Of a DNA stretch of 64,000 nt, positions 1 through 12,075 are shown in pieces. The stretch covers positions 75,144,001-75,208,000 of the forward strand of contig NC_043002.1 of NCBI RefSeq assembly GCF_006345805.1. The letters run 5' to 3'. This DNA is from Octopus sinensis. Its lineage: Eukaryota. Made by a program: the position numbers and the translations under genes. How positions within the stretch are numbered: the stretch's first letter is position 1; every line of letters begins with the position of its first letter. Under the pieces are notes generated by a model. It made no database searches, was not told where the DNA came from, and saw nothing but the letters and a program-made list of their open reading frames with translations.

Positions 1-213
1 AGGTGTCTCTTTAATTCCAGAAGTGTGACTGGCAATCCTTTGTGGGATACACATGTGCTTTGCAGAGGGACAGTGCCTAGTTGTTCAAAGCTGAATATGC
101 TTCTGTTTATAAAGCTTTTGAAATGGAGTTTCCACTCACTGTTGTGATGAGGTTAACTCTTAGGACATTTACACTAATGTATTGGTTTTGAATTTTAGCG
201 TAAGGTCAGTAAT

Positions 214-397
214 TTTAGGGAAGGGACAAGTCAATTACACTGAACCCCAGTGCTCAACTGGTACTTATTTTGTTGGCCCTGAAAGGATGAAAGGCAAAGT
301 TGACCTTGGTGGAATTTGAACTCAGAACATAACAACAAACAAAATGCTGCTAAACCTTTTGTTCAGCATGCTAATGATTCTGCCAATTCACTGCCTT
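214..397 (-). mobile_element. tRNA-derived SINE, group C (head ggcgagctggcagaa; core ctgagttcaaatt..gaggtcgactttgcctttcatcc)
   Basis: Reverse complement contains ttctgagttcaaattccaccaaggtcaactttgcctttcatcctttcagg, shared with more than 10 other copies in the window. Confidence 0.85.
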
Positions 398-478
398 ATT
401 TACACTAATGATATAGGCAACAAAACAATGATGGCAAAGAACATAACTATAATATTTTAGCTCAGCCATACACCTTAC

Positions 479-682
479 CATGCAAATAGTTTTCCATCTG
501 TCAACTGAAACCTAATTTGTTTCCTAAGTAGTTGTCAGATGTTCGAAAAATGACTGCTTTAACAGGAAGAGTAGTATGGCACTTGTTTCCTGGACAACTC
601 TGGAGTAACATCTTGCAAGAGTCTTTCTAAGAATCCTCTGGAACATTATTACCCACTTCTGTAATCAGTCATCTTTCTGTAT
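479..682 (-). other. Candidate exon, closed in all frames except a terminal ATG GAA AAC TAT TTG CAT G (MENYLH); possible 5'UTR/start exon
   Basis: Acceptor ttttgtctttgtttctcag and donor CATG|gtaagg on the minus strand; no homology recognised. Confidence 0.25.
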
Positions 683-986
683 CTGAGAAACAAAGACAAA
701 ACAAGCAGCACAGTATCAAAATTGTTGTTAAATCTCGAGTCTTTGTCTGTGTATATCAAGGATATTTAAGGGACAGAACTCAAACAATTGACTGGATTTA
801 TTATGTTGATCTCTCTCATTGTGTACATGTTTGCATGTGTGTATGTATATGTTTGTAGTGAACACGAATGGTTCTGTGAATTTGGGCAAGTGTGTATTTG
901 CTTGTGTATGCATGGTCAGTATTTGGGAGAAACGAGAGAGTTGTTCTCTATATTTGAGTGTTTGTGTATGTGGGTGTAAATGTGTT

Positions 987-1029
<43 letters not shown>

Positions 1030-2537
1030 ATGTATGTATGTATAAAAATTAAGGAGAGAAAACAAATTCAAAGGTTGATGTATATATTAATGAAATTATA
1101 TATATATAACCATTCGTAGAGAGAGAGAGAGAGAGAGAGTGTGTCCGTGTGTCTATGCAAATATACATATTTATATATGTGCATATGCTTGTGTATTGTG
1201 TGAGTGAGAGACAGAAACACAAACAGATGGGTTCATCGACGGACAAGCATAGATGATAGAGGCAGCTTTGATTGGACTAATATTTTTGTATTACAAGGAA
1301 TATGGAAAAACAAAAAAAAAGGAAATTGAGTAAAGAGAATTTAAATATGGTAGGGCTGGTGTGGAAACATTAACATCCTGGATGTGTTAAATTATACACT
1401 GGCTCTGTCCATATTTATTCCTTAAGTCTTTCTATTCTCCACCTCACTGAAACTCAATAAAATCCATATCAGGCTCTGGTTTCTTAAAGTTACAGAACAC
1501 ACACATGTACACACGCACACATACACACACATACACTGTTTGTTCCTCATATTTTTGCCTTCTTTCTATTTCTCTTTTTGCTTTCTTTTGTTATTATTGT
1601 ATTTCATTTTATTTTTTTTCTGATAAGAAATTTCTCTATTTATTAAACATGGCAAAACTATCATTAAACAATTTATTTTGAACTTGAGTGAAAAAAAAAA
1701 AAAAACATTCTTGCGTGTGTATGTATGATTGATTATATTATGTGTGTACATGTATGTGTACATATAATTTCCAGCTTCAATAAATATTTATAACTACTTC
1801 CAATTCTCTAGACAAGTACACCCTATGAATTATTATTCTTCACTGCACACATGCCTTATTTTGCATGTTCACGTCAGCATTTTGAGTCTTAGCTTCTTTC
1901 TCAAACGATAGGATTCTCTGTAGTTTTATTCGTTAATTCGTTTATTTATTGATTGATTTTTTTTTTGTGTGTGTGTGAAGTGGAAGGGGAGGGAAGCATT
2001 ATTATTATTACCAATATTATCATCATCATCATCATCATCATCATCATTTTGTTTTTGTTCTTGATATTTGTTTTGTTTAAAGATCTCTATGTTTTAGATG
2101 AACGAGGAATAAATTTAAAATATATCAAGAAAAGAAATATGGAGAGAGGGGGGAAGAAAGAAAAAGAACAAAAACTATAACAACAAAATAACTGTGTTTT
2201 TTTTGTTGTTGTTGTTGATGTTTTTCTTTGAGATATAAAAATCTTACATATTTACTTAATTTTGTTATATATGCTCATCACTTTAACATTATCTGTTCAG
2301 CGCAAACATATTAATTGGCATAGAGAGGAGAAGAGAAAAATAAAATGATGATGAAACCAATCACCAGCAGCAGCACCATAATCATTGACACCATTAATAT
2401 TATTCCTGCTTGTGTTTAAATTTTGCTCAAAACCTTTTTTTTTTTTTTAATTTGTTGTTACTGTTTCCTCAGCTTCACTTGTATTTATGCGCTTGTGTGC
2501 GAGTGCACACACAGAAATGCATGTGGGTAGATGCATG

Positions 2538-2544
<7 letters not shown>

Positions 2545-2583
<39 letters not shown>

Positions 2584-2857
2584 TATATATATATATATGT
2601 ATATATGTATATATATATATATGTATATATATGTATATATGTATATATATATATATGTATATATATGTATATATGTAATATATATATATGTATATATATA
2701 TATATGTATATATATATATGTATATATATATTATATGTATATATATATATGTATATATATATATATGTATATATATATGTGTATATATATATATATGTGT
2801 ATATATATATGTGTATATATATATATGTATATATATATATGTATATATATGTATATA

Positions 2858-2907
<50 letters not shown>

Positions 2908-2955
2908 GTATATATGTATATATGTATGTATATATATGATGTATATATATGTATG

Positions 2956-3008
<53 letters not shown>

Positions 3009-3190
3009 GTATATATATATATGTGTATATATATATGTATATATATATGTGTATATATATATGTATATATATATATGTATATATTATATATATATATTAT
3101 ATATGTATATATTATATATATATATGTATATATATGTATATATGTATGTATATATATATGTATGTATATATATGTATATATATGTGTGTG
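2545..3190. repeat. ~650-bp compound (GT)n/(TA)n/(TATG)n microsatellite
   Basis: Directly visible; it generates the 268-293 aa Y/I/M/C-rich ORFs. Confidence 0.97.
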
Positions 3191-3415
3191 TATGTATGTG
3201 TGTGTCATCATGGTGATTATGTGTATATGCATGCATATATCTTCATACATGTGTGTATATGTACATCTATGCTCAGATGTGTTTATATACATACACACAT
3301 ATATTACTACTCTTACACACTAACAGACATACTCAAACACATACATACATACATACACTCTTACACACATGCACATATGTGTGTGTGTGTTTGTGTATAT
3401 ATATATATATAATAT

Positions 3416-3464
<49 letters not shown>

Positions 3465-4319
3465 TTATATACACACACATGTAAAACATGTATGTCCATT
3501 TCTGTGTCTGTGTATGTATATTTTCACATATTAATAGGATTGACTAAATTAACCATATTCTATTATATTTTCTGTTTTCCTTCCTTTATTTCTTCCTTTT
3601 TCAATACAATTTCTCTGAACAAAAACAAAAAAACAAAGCTGTTAGTGTTTGTAAATTCTTTATCTTTATTCAAAGCATGTTCAATCAGTGTGGGTTTTTT
3701 TTTCTTTTTGTTTTTATATTTTTCATCCTTATTATTCTCTCTTGCCTTCTGTATCCTCTCTTCATTTTGTTTATTGCTCTTATTATCATTATTATTTTTG
3801 TTTTTGTGTTCACTAATAGAATAACTGAACTTCTTCCTTCTGTGAACCATGGCTAATGAAATATTTGCTGCCACTAATGTGTATTGTAAATTTTAAATGG
3901 CTCTAGGTTCAGTGATTTGAAGTTCTCAGTGGGAAGGGTCACCATTTTCCGATCTTTCTATCAAAATAAAACAGAAAGAAAATTTTAATTAATTTGTCTA
4001 TCTCATTAAAAATAATGATAAAAGTAGTTGTAGCATCAGTAGTAGTAGTAGTAGTGATGAGGATGAGGATATTGATAGTAATAATAATAATGATGATGAT
4101 GATGATAATTACAATAACAATTCCTTTTGATTAGGCACAGGAACTCAGATTTTAGGGAAAAGTTAGATTATTAGTGGTATAAGTGAGATAAAGTGAAACA
4201 GCTTCAGCTGGGAATGAAAGCTTGATTCCAGATGATGAACTCTCCAGCAGCCTGGTTCTTAATCAGATGCCCTCATGTTTCATTTTCTTTATTATTTCTA
4301 TTGTTGTTGTTATTACACT

Positions 4320-4539
4320 TAAGCAGCAAGCTGGCAGAATTATTAGCAAGCTGGACAAAATGCTTATCGGCATTTTGTCTGCCTCTACATTCTGAGTCCA
4401 AATTCTGCTGAGGTCGACTTTGCCTTTCATCTTTTTAGAGTTGATAAATTAAATACTAGTCAAACATTAGGGTCGATGTGATTGACTAGGACCCTCCCCC
4501 ACAAATTTCAGGTCTTGTGCCTATAGTATAAAGAATTAT
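4320..4539 (+). mobile_element. SINE group C, near full length
   Basis: aagcagcaagctggcagaatt..ctgagtccaaattctgctgaggtcgactttgcctttcatc..ggtcttgtgcctatag. Confidence 0.85.
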
Positions 4540-4704
4540 ATGGTCAGTGGCAAGAGAGGAAGAGGCCGACCAAGAACCCGCTGGCTTGACACCATCAAGA
4601 GTGATACCGGAATGGACATAGCCAATCTGAAAGAAGCGGCCCAGGATAGAACTGACTGGAGGACACTGATCCAATGAGTAACCGAGAGTCGACTTCGATT
4701 GAGC

Positions 4705-4740
<36 letters not shown>
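4540..4740 (+). mobile_element. 5'-truncated RTE-clade (BovB-like) LINE 3' end with (AGAT)n tail
   Basis: Translates to MVSGKRGRGRPRTRWLDTIKSDTGMDIANLKEAAQDRTDWRTLIQ*VTESRLRLS, matching the RTE C-terminal pattern GKRxRGRPxxRWxD..DRxxWR..VxxSRxRL; (AGAT)9 follows at 4705-4740. Confidence 0.9.
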
Positions 4741-4742
<2 letters not shown>

Positions 4743-4754
4743 ATAATAATATAT

Positions 4755-4955
4755 GAGCTGGCTGAATCATTAGGATGTTTCAGAAAATTTTTAGCAGTGT
4801 TTATTGTTGTTCCTTTTGTTCTGAGTTCAAATTCCATTCATCCTTTCAAAGTCAACAAAATAGAGTATCACTCAAATACCAGGGTTAATCTAATCAACTT
4901 AACCGCCCCCCCAATAAATTTCAGGCCTTGTGCCTATAGTAGAAAATTATTATTT
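4755..4955 (+). mobile_element. SINE group C, degenerate
   Basis: gagctggctgaatc..ttctgagttcaaattcc..tttcaggccttgtgcctatagtagaa. Confidence 0.8.
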
Positions 4956-5804
4956 ACCAGCATTGTGGTGAAGTTGTTGGTTATTGGGGGCTAATTATTT
5001 TCCCCATTCAGAATTACTTCTCATGTGTCACTGAAAAGCCATTTCTTGGGAAGAATATGAATGTAACAGTCCTTTCTGTCTGCTCACATTACTTGAGGTT
5101 TCATGAAATCGCCATTATTATGAAAAGTCATGCACAATGCTTTTTCCTATTTTCTACTGTAACATAGACACTGATTAACAGATCATTATTTTTACTGTTT
5201 TTCCTTGTTAAAATCGATTTCCAATTTATTTACTTATCCCAATGGGAGCAAGACAAACTACCTGTATGTGTGAATACATGAGAAAGAGAGAGAGGGAGGG
5301 TATGATGCAAAGAGGGTGGGAGAGAAGGAGGAAAAAGAGAAAGGAGAATGTGGTAGCAAATATTTTGAAGGTTTTGAAATTAAATTTGAATATTTATTGA
5401 TTATCATAAAATGTTTAAATTGCTTACATGCACTTACGTAAAATCCTATAAGAAACACACACACATATTTGCAGTTTACATGTGTTTGTATGTGTTTAAG
5501 TGATTTCTCTGAAAGCTATTTTGACACTCTATTATTAAGTGTTTCTATATTGTGTGTAGCCAGTTCATGTTAGTTGATAGATTATATATCTGGTAACATC
5601 TGCAGCACTTAGAAGGTCTTACAGCGATCTTATATTGAAATAACTTAGGCAAATAAACATGTTTGTTTATAACTTGGTTGGCTTTTCATTGAAAGACTTT
5701 GTTAACTGTAGTTTTTGGAAACTAGAAGTAGGTTTGGTGATGTTCAAACATAGATATAAATTTATTTGTAATGTGTTTATCTGATTTTGAATGAGGATAC
5801 TCAC

Positions 5805-5895
5805 CTTTGCAAGTATGACTATTATCACTACTGTCATTGTCTCTCAACAAAGACGGAGTGGCATTTGATTTAGGGGTGATTTTATTTATCTCCAT
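5805..5895 (-). other. Candidate start-codon exon, MEINKITPKSNATPSLLRDNDSSDNSHTCK, phase-1 donor
   Basis: gctaaaATGG context with an upstream in-frame stop, open S/N/D-rich frame, strong donor AAG|gtgagta. Confidence 0.25.
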
Positions 5896-6029
5896 TTTAG
5901 CATTAAAAAAACTGGGACTTAGTGCTAGTTCTCATAAGCTTTTTATGTACTTAGTAGTCATTTTTTCCCCCCTATAGCCCTTTCTTATTATTCCCTGAGA
6001 TAATAAACCAACATTATCATCACCATTGT

Positions 6030-6500
6030 TTAAATGTCCACTTTTCTATGCTTGCATAGGTCAGATGGAATTTGTTGAGGTGAGTTTTCTGTAGCTGGAG
6101 CCTGTCCTATTTCCAACCCTTATCTGTTTCCAAGTTAAGCAATACTTCCCATGATCAAACTTGTTTTCACAGAATACTGGAAATGGACACACTTGCATTA
6201 TGGTGATGCCTATTTACAACTATCACATGTCAGGGCAAAGAGGTAGTATCACACACACACACACTCATGCACACACATACATCATCATCATCATTATCAT
6301 TTAACATCCATTTTTCATGTCGGTGTGGGTTGGATGGTTTGACAGGAGCTGGTGAACTGGAGAGCTGCATCAGGTTCAGTTGTTTGCTCTGGCATTGTTT
6401 CTAAGGCTGGATGCTCTTCACAACACCACCCACTTTACAATGTGTACTGGTTGTGTTTTACATCACACCAGCATGGATTCTTTTTATGTGGTACCAGCAC
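6030..6500 (-). mobile_element. Two 3' fragments of SINE group B ((GAT)n tail)
   Basis: aaatgtccacttttctatgcttgcatagg and catcatcat..ttaacatccatttttcatg match the reverse complement of the group B tail. Confidence 0.7.
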
Positions 6501-6734
6501 CTGCACAGTTCCACCAATCTATCATCCTTAGCATGATGCTTATTTTTTGACTTTGGAAGGATGAAAGGCAAAGTTGACCTAGGTGGAATTTGAACTCAAA
6601 GTGCTGAGAGTTGGAACAGCTACTCTGAGGCATTGAATCAATGCTTCAATAACTCTTCTAAGAAGATTAGGATTCCTTTCAGATGTTAGATACCCGTAGA
6701 CTCCATTTTAAAGGATTCTCTCTATTATAAGTCT

Positions 6735-7110
6735 GAGGCAGTATGGTGTATGGTCAAAAAGTTTGTTTCTCAACCATAAGGTTCGAGTTCAGTTCCACTG
6801 TGTTGCACCTTGAGAAAAGTTTTCTGCTGTAGCCCCAGGTCAACCAAAGCTTTCTGAGTGGATATGTTAGAGGGAAACTGAAAGATGTCCCCCCACTCTC
6901 TCTCTCTCACATGTATGTACATATATGTGTGTGTGTGTGTATTTTAGTGTCTTCTTGCCTTGACATTACATGATGGTTGTAAATAAGTATCACTGCCGTG
7001 CATGTGGTGTCCTTTGTGAAAACATGTCTAATCTTGAGGAAAGAGAAGAGGGTTGGCAGCAGGAAGATCATCTGACTCCATAAATCCCACCTGAGCTGTG
7101 TGAACATTGA
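6735..7110 (+). mobile_element. SINE group B (tRNA head, CORE-like accttgggcaagtg segment, internal CA/TG repeat)
   Basis: ttcagttccactgtgttgcaccttgag..gaaactgaaaga..ggaagatcatc..aacattgaaaattgg. Confidence 0.75.
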
Positions 7111-7134
7111 AAATTGGGTGTTGTTGTTGTTCTT

Positions 7135-7165
<31 letters not shown>

Positions 7166-8717
7166 ATATTATTATTATTATCATCATCCTCATTTTTATC
7201 ATAAGTGTGTGTGTGTGTGTGTGTGTGTGTATACACTTATATAAATCAGTGCTTATCTAAAACGTTATTACTGTGGCTGATTCAGCTGGTTACATTCATG
7301 AAGGTTTTGATTGATACTTTGGCTGTTAACACTGATCTTGGAAATGGAATTGGAAATGAGGCACGGAGAGAGTAGCTTAGTGGTATTACCGACATGATTG
7401 ATCTGGTTCTTTGTAACCTATTTGACAAGAAGTTCTGACAGTATTGCTGATAACACCAAGCAGATTAGAATTCCTTGTGGGCCTATAAGAAATGTGAGAA
7501 TATTTAACCACTGTTACATGACTACTAACTAACTAGTATGGTGCACTCATAAGAGAAAAGTAGGTTTTGAGAAAAATGACAGCTTGACTAAAATTTAGGT
7601 GAATGAAGAATGAAAAGTGTCGTTGTGGATTAGAGTCACCAAATATGTGTGATTGGTAGTGTAAGTGAGGTGGGCAAGTTACGGAAATGTAGGTGGAGAA
7701 CTATTTGCGAATGTAACAGATGAAAGATAATAATCCGATTAAATCCTTTAATAAAGTGTCTGTGTTGACCCTAAGGGATCAGAAAGAAAGGAAAATATAA
7801 CCCCTGGAAATTGTAACTGATATACTTGGAGATTGAGTCTTTCATAAGTCAAACTAATTTTATTTTTTGTTATTCTAGACATATTAGATCCATGAGGTTT
7901 TAGGTATGCATTTATTATTGTGTGCCTGTGCATGCTTGTATATATGTGTCTGTGTGTGTTTATGCACATTATCAGGATTCTTCATATCTCTGAATTAGAG
8001 CTTATTTGAAACTGGTTATCTACATAGTCACACAGCTCATCATTTACACTTCAGATATGCATACCCATGCTAAAATTCCTACACACACACACACACGCAC
8101 ACACCTGTATGTAGCTCTTTTATTTGTTAAATGGTAGGAACCAAGCATTTATATTCTCATATCACGTCTACACTTTGTCGTTAGGGTGTGTGTGTGTGGA
8201 GAACCCAGAAGAGATAGTGATGCTTGAATGATAACACTACTATTACTGCTGCTGCTGCTGCTGCTACTACTACAATAATGGACCCAAATCTTAAAATGAA
8301 TCCAATATTTTTTATATCGGTACCTATGCCATCTTATTAGTAAGGAAATTGCCTAAAACTAGCTACAAACTCAATTTGAACTCAGTATTGTAGTGACCTA
8401 TGCTTTTATTTTGTTTTTAGGAATACGTTGCAATTTTTCTTTTAACTGTTTGTCTTTCTCCCACCCTCACCCCAGCACTGCCATTAACATTTGTTTCCTA
8501 GTTATTTTTGAATATTTGCATCATTATCAAGAATATTGAAAGGATGTGTGTGTACACACAGACACAACCATGCACATACACTCTTCTATATTACTTTCTT
8601 TTCACATGTTTTGCTACTTTCTCCGTCTGTGGTTATGTAGTTACAATTTAATATTTGATTCAGTGATTAGTTCGGAAAACATGACACAAAACCGATGATG
8701 ACTGGCTTTGCGTCATG

Positions 8718-8754
<37 letters not shown>

Positions 8755-9294
8755 CATGTGTGTTTGTATACACACACATGCACAATAAAAATATAATTGA
8801 ATGGGTGGGAAAATTATTTTGTGCATTTTTGCTTACTTATAGATAGGATTTTCTTCCTTAATAGTTATTGTATTTCCTCCCTTAGTTTGCCCACCCCTCT
8901 TAGGTGTGTGTGTGTGTGGTGTGTATGTGTGTGCGTGAGTATCTTGCAAGCTAAGAGACATTATATATATATATGTGTGTTTGTGTGTGGTGTGTGTGTA
9001 TGTATCTTGCAAGCTAAGAGACAGACATACATACACACACACACATATATATATGTATATGAAACACTTCTCCATCCCACCCATTCTTTCAGTAAATCAG
9101 TTCATGTAAACAGCATATGTCGCCATGATGACCAACTGGTCTATAAAGTATCAATAATAAGGTTCGTAATTAATCTCATCAGCAATGCGGCTGTGTTGTG
9201 CTTAAGCATAAATGGGAGATTTATTTAGGATTAGTCACAGACCACTTCAAGACGCTGAAAGGTGGTTATATTTATGTTGGCTGTAGTGAGATGA

Positions 9295-9712
9295 TGCTTG
9301 GGTTAGAAGTTAGCGGTATTCATTAAAGGGCAGTTTTCTAAATTGAACACCAGTACATTCTCACTCTGTTGTCCCTTAGACAAGTGTCTTCTACTTACAG
9401 CCCTGAGTTGACCAAAACCGTGTGAGTGGATCTGGTGGATGCAAACTGGAAGAAACCCCTTGTATATGTACATGTGTGTCTTCTTACCTTGGGATCACAT
9501 GATAGTTGTAAAGGGTGTGTCATTATCAAACAAATGGCATCATTCATTTCCAGTTTTGTGCAAAAACATGCCTGGCCACTGCAATATATTACCTTGCTTG
9601 GAAACGGATGAGGGTTGGTGACAGGAAAGGGATCCAGCTATAGAAAACCTGTCTCAGTGAATTTCGTCAGCTATGCAAGCATGGGAACTGGACATTAAAA
9701 CAATGATGATGA
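9295..9712 (+). mobile_element. SINE group B
   Basis: agacaagtgtcttctact..gcaaactggaagaaaccc..aggaaagggatccagctatagaaaacc..gcaagcatgggaactggacattaaaacaatgatgat. Confidence 0.8.
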
Positions 9713-10861
9713 AGATATTGTGTGTGTGTGTGTTATGTATGTATATGAATGTGTATTTAGATATTTGTCTGTGTATGTGTGTGTCTGTCTGTCTGTCTCT
9801 GAATATATTTATATGTGTGTACATACATGCACACTTTCATGCATGCATGTAAATATAAATATATGCGATGCGTGTGTATTGTTTATGCGTCTCTATCTAC
9901 ATAAATGTATCTATCAATACATACACTAACAGATGTGTGCACATATGTATATTTGTATGTAATATATGTTTGCTCTGTTTTCTAGTTTTTCTTTACCTTG
10001 TATAAAGCTATTTTAACATCAAATATTTTCCATCAAATGTAATATATACACTGTGTGGTTGTTGCCATTATTATTCGTTCTCTTTTATTATGCACAGCAT
10101 GATGCCAACAGTGCTGATGCAATATATTTTCCATACATTCTAAACAGTATGGAGCAACAATATTGCACATCTCTGATTATCTAAAAGGCCATGGAAAGAA
10201 TCAGGTGTCTTCGCCTTCTCACATGAACTGCTGACAGGAGTAATAGTTTACATACTAACCTTCTTGCAATTATCATAGAATATTTATCTCGTTCATATGC
10301 AGACATTCTCTCTTTGTTTTCTCTTTCACACACATACACATTGAAAGCTATTACAGTTGATTGAGAATTCTCTTAAGGACCAGATGGTTTCTAGTTTCAA
10401 TTTTGATTCCACCCACTTGGTACTTAAGTCACTTAGTTGGTGGTAGTTTGCTGTCCATTTGTGAAGTGTCTGAGATTCGTCTTTCCTTCATATTGCATTT
10501 TCTACTTAGCTGATTAATTCGATATTACAAATTGCTTTGTTATTTTGTTTTATTTATTCATGGTGTTGTGAGGAGAAACACAGTACAAGAATCATTCCAT
10601 GGTATTTTTAACATTTTTTGAATAACACTAGTATTGAAGTAAATTATTGAGAGAAAGTTATGTTCAGTTCTCATAGTATATGTTGTACTGTGTCCATAGG
10701 CAAAATAATTACTCTGTCTCAGTCTGTGTATTTGATAACTCTGTGTGAGTGAATGATTAAATTAGAAGACGCATCCTGTTTGTAAAGCTTCAGCTTTTTC
10801 AAAAATGTTCTGTCTTTGCTGATTTGAAAAAATGAAATGGATGTAGAAATGTATTTAACTC

Positions 10862-11165
10862 TAATACTTATTCTGTTGGTCTCTTTTGTTAAACTGCTAA
10901 GTTATGAGGATGTAAACAAACAAAAACTAGTTGACATATGGTGGGGGGATGCTGGCAAGCACAGACATAAATGTGTGCATACACACACACACACACCACA
11001 CACACATACGACAGGCTTCCACTCAGTTTCCACCTACTGATTTCACTCACAAGGCATTGGTAGGCCCAGTGTTATAATAGAAGGCACTTGCCCAAGATGC
11101 TATGCAATGGGATTGAACCTGAAACCATATGGCTGCAAAGTAAGTTTCTTAACCACACAGCCACA
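10862..11165 (-). mobile_element. SINE group A, 3'-degenerate
   Basis: acaggcttccactcagtttccacctactga..ggcacttgcccaagatg..tttcttaaccacacagccac. Confidence 0.8.
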
Positions 11166-11209
11166 CTATGATTTATTTGGACATTTTACTATAGAACTGA
11201 TGTAAAATC

Positions 11210-11574
11210 AAGCAAGAGCACTCAGAGAACACAAACCTCCACCAAAGTAACATCAACGTCCTCTCAGAGATGGTTTTTAAAATGAGAATATCTGAAATAA
11301 ACTTGACTGCTCTCACAAATGTGAATACTAAAAATGAACCCAACTGCTCTCAAAAATTAAGTAAAAAAAAAAAATAAAAATAAACCAGAATCCTTGTCTG
11401 GTAACAGATTGATCCCAAAATCTAAGCAGTTCATATCAGTCACGAGGACAAACATACCTGAAAGTTTCATCCGAATCCATCTAGTAGTTCTTGAGATATC
11501 TTGTCCACAGACAAACAAGCAAACAAACACAACTGAAAACAATACCTCAACCTTCACTAAGACGGAGGTAATAA
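11210..11574 (-). mobile_element. Helentron-type non-autonomous element (HINE/DINE-1-like)
   Basis: Minus strand starts ttattacctccgtcttagtgaaggttgaggtatt (5' hairpin/subTIR) and ends ggtggaggtttgtgttctctgagtgctcttgctt (matching subTIR plus 3' stem-loop); related copy at 41821-42779. Confidence 0.7.
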
Positions 11575-11698
11575 AGTTAAAATTGTTTAAAGTTAAGGAT
11601 ATATTTTTAATGAATTTGAAATTGTCATAGTTGAAATAGCTGTCATGTTTTTGGGCACTGAACAAAATACTTTACTATATTTGGTTACATCTCTATAA

Positions 11699-12075
11699 TT
11701 ACTCTTTTACTTGTTTCAGTCATTTGACTGCGGCCATGCTGGAGCACCGCCTTTAGTCAAGCAAATCGACCCCAGGACTTATTCTTTGTAAGCCTAGTAC
11801 TTATTCTATCAGTTTCTTATGCCGAACTGCTAAGTTAGGGGATGTAAACACTCCAGCATCGGTTGTCAAGCAATGTTGATGGGGACAAGCGCACACACAC
11901 ACACACGCATATACATATATACGACGGGCTTCTTTCAGTTTCCGTCTGCCAATTCCATTCACAAGGCTTTGGTTGGCCCGAGGCTATGGTAGAAGACACT
12001 TGCCCAAAGTGCCACACAGTGGGACTGAACCTGGAACCATGTGGCTGGTAACCAAGCTACTTACCACACAGCCAC
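11699..12075 (-). mobile_element. Full-length young SINE group A with 17-bp TSD
   Basis: TSD tggttacatctctataa at 11682-11698 and 12076-12092; head gtggctgtgtggtaag with Pol III A/B-box-like motifs; aagagta tail; CpGs retained. Confidence 0.93.

Noticed and set aside
2410-3534. Long ORFs of 93-293 aa (YIYMYICV..)
   Set aside because: Translations of (TA)n/(TG)n microsatellites, which lack stop codons; the same applies to poly-Y/S/L/H-T ORFs elsewhere and the F/L/S-rich ORFs at 28515-29285 and 45530-46659.
7731-7741. TAATCCGATTA paired-homeodomain P3/RCSI-like palindrome
   Set aside because: Only 8 fixed A/T bases, so several are expected by chance in 64 kb of AT-rich DNA; no promoter context is established.
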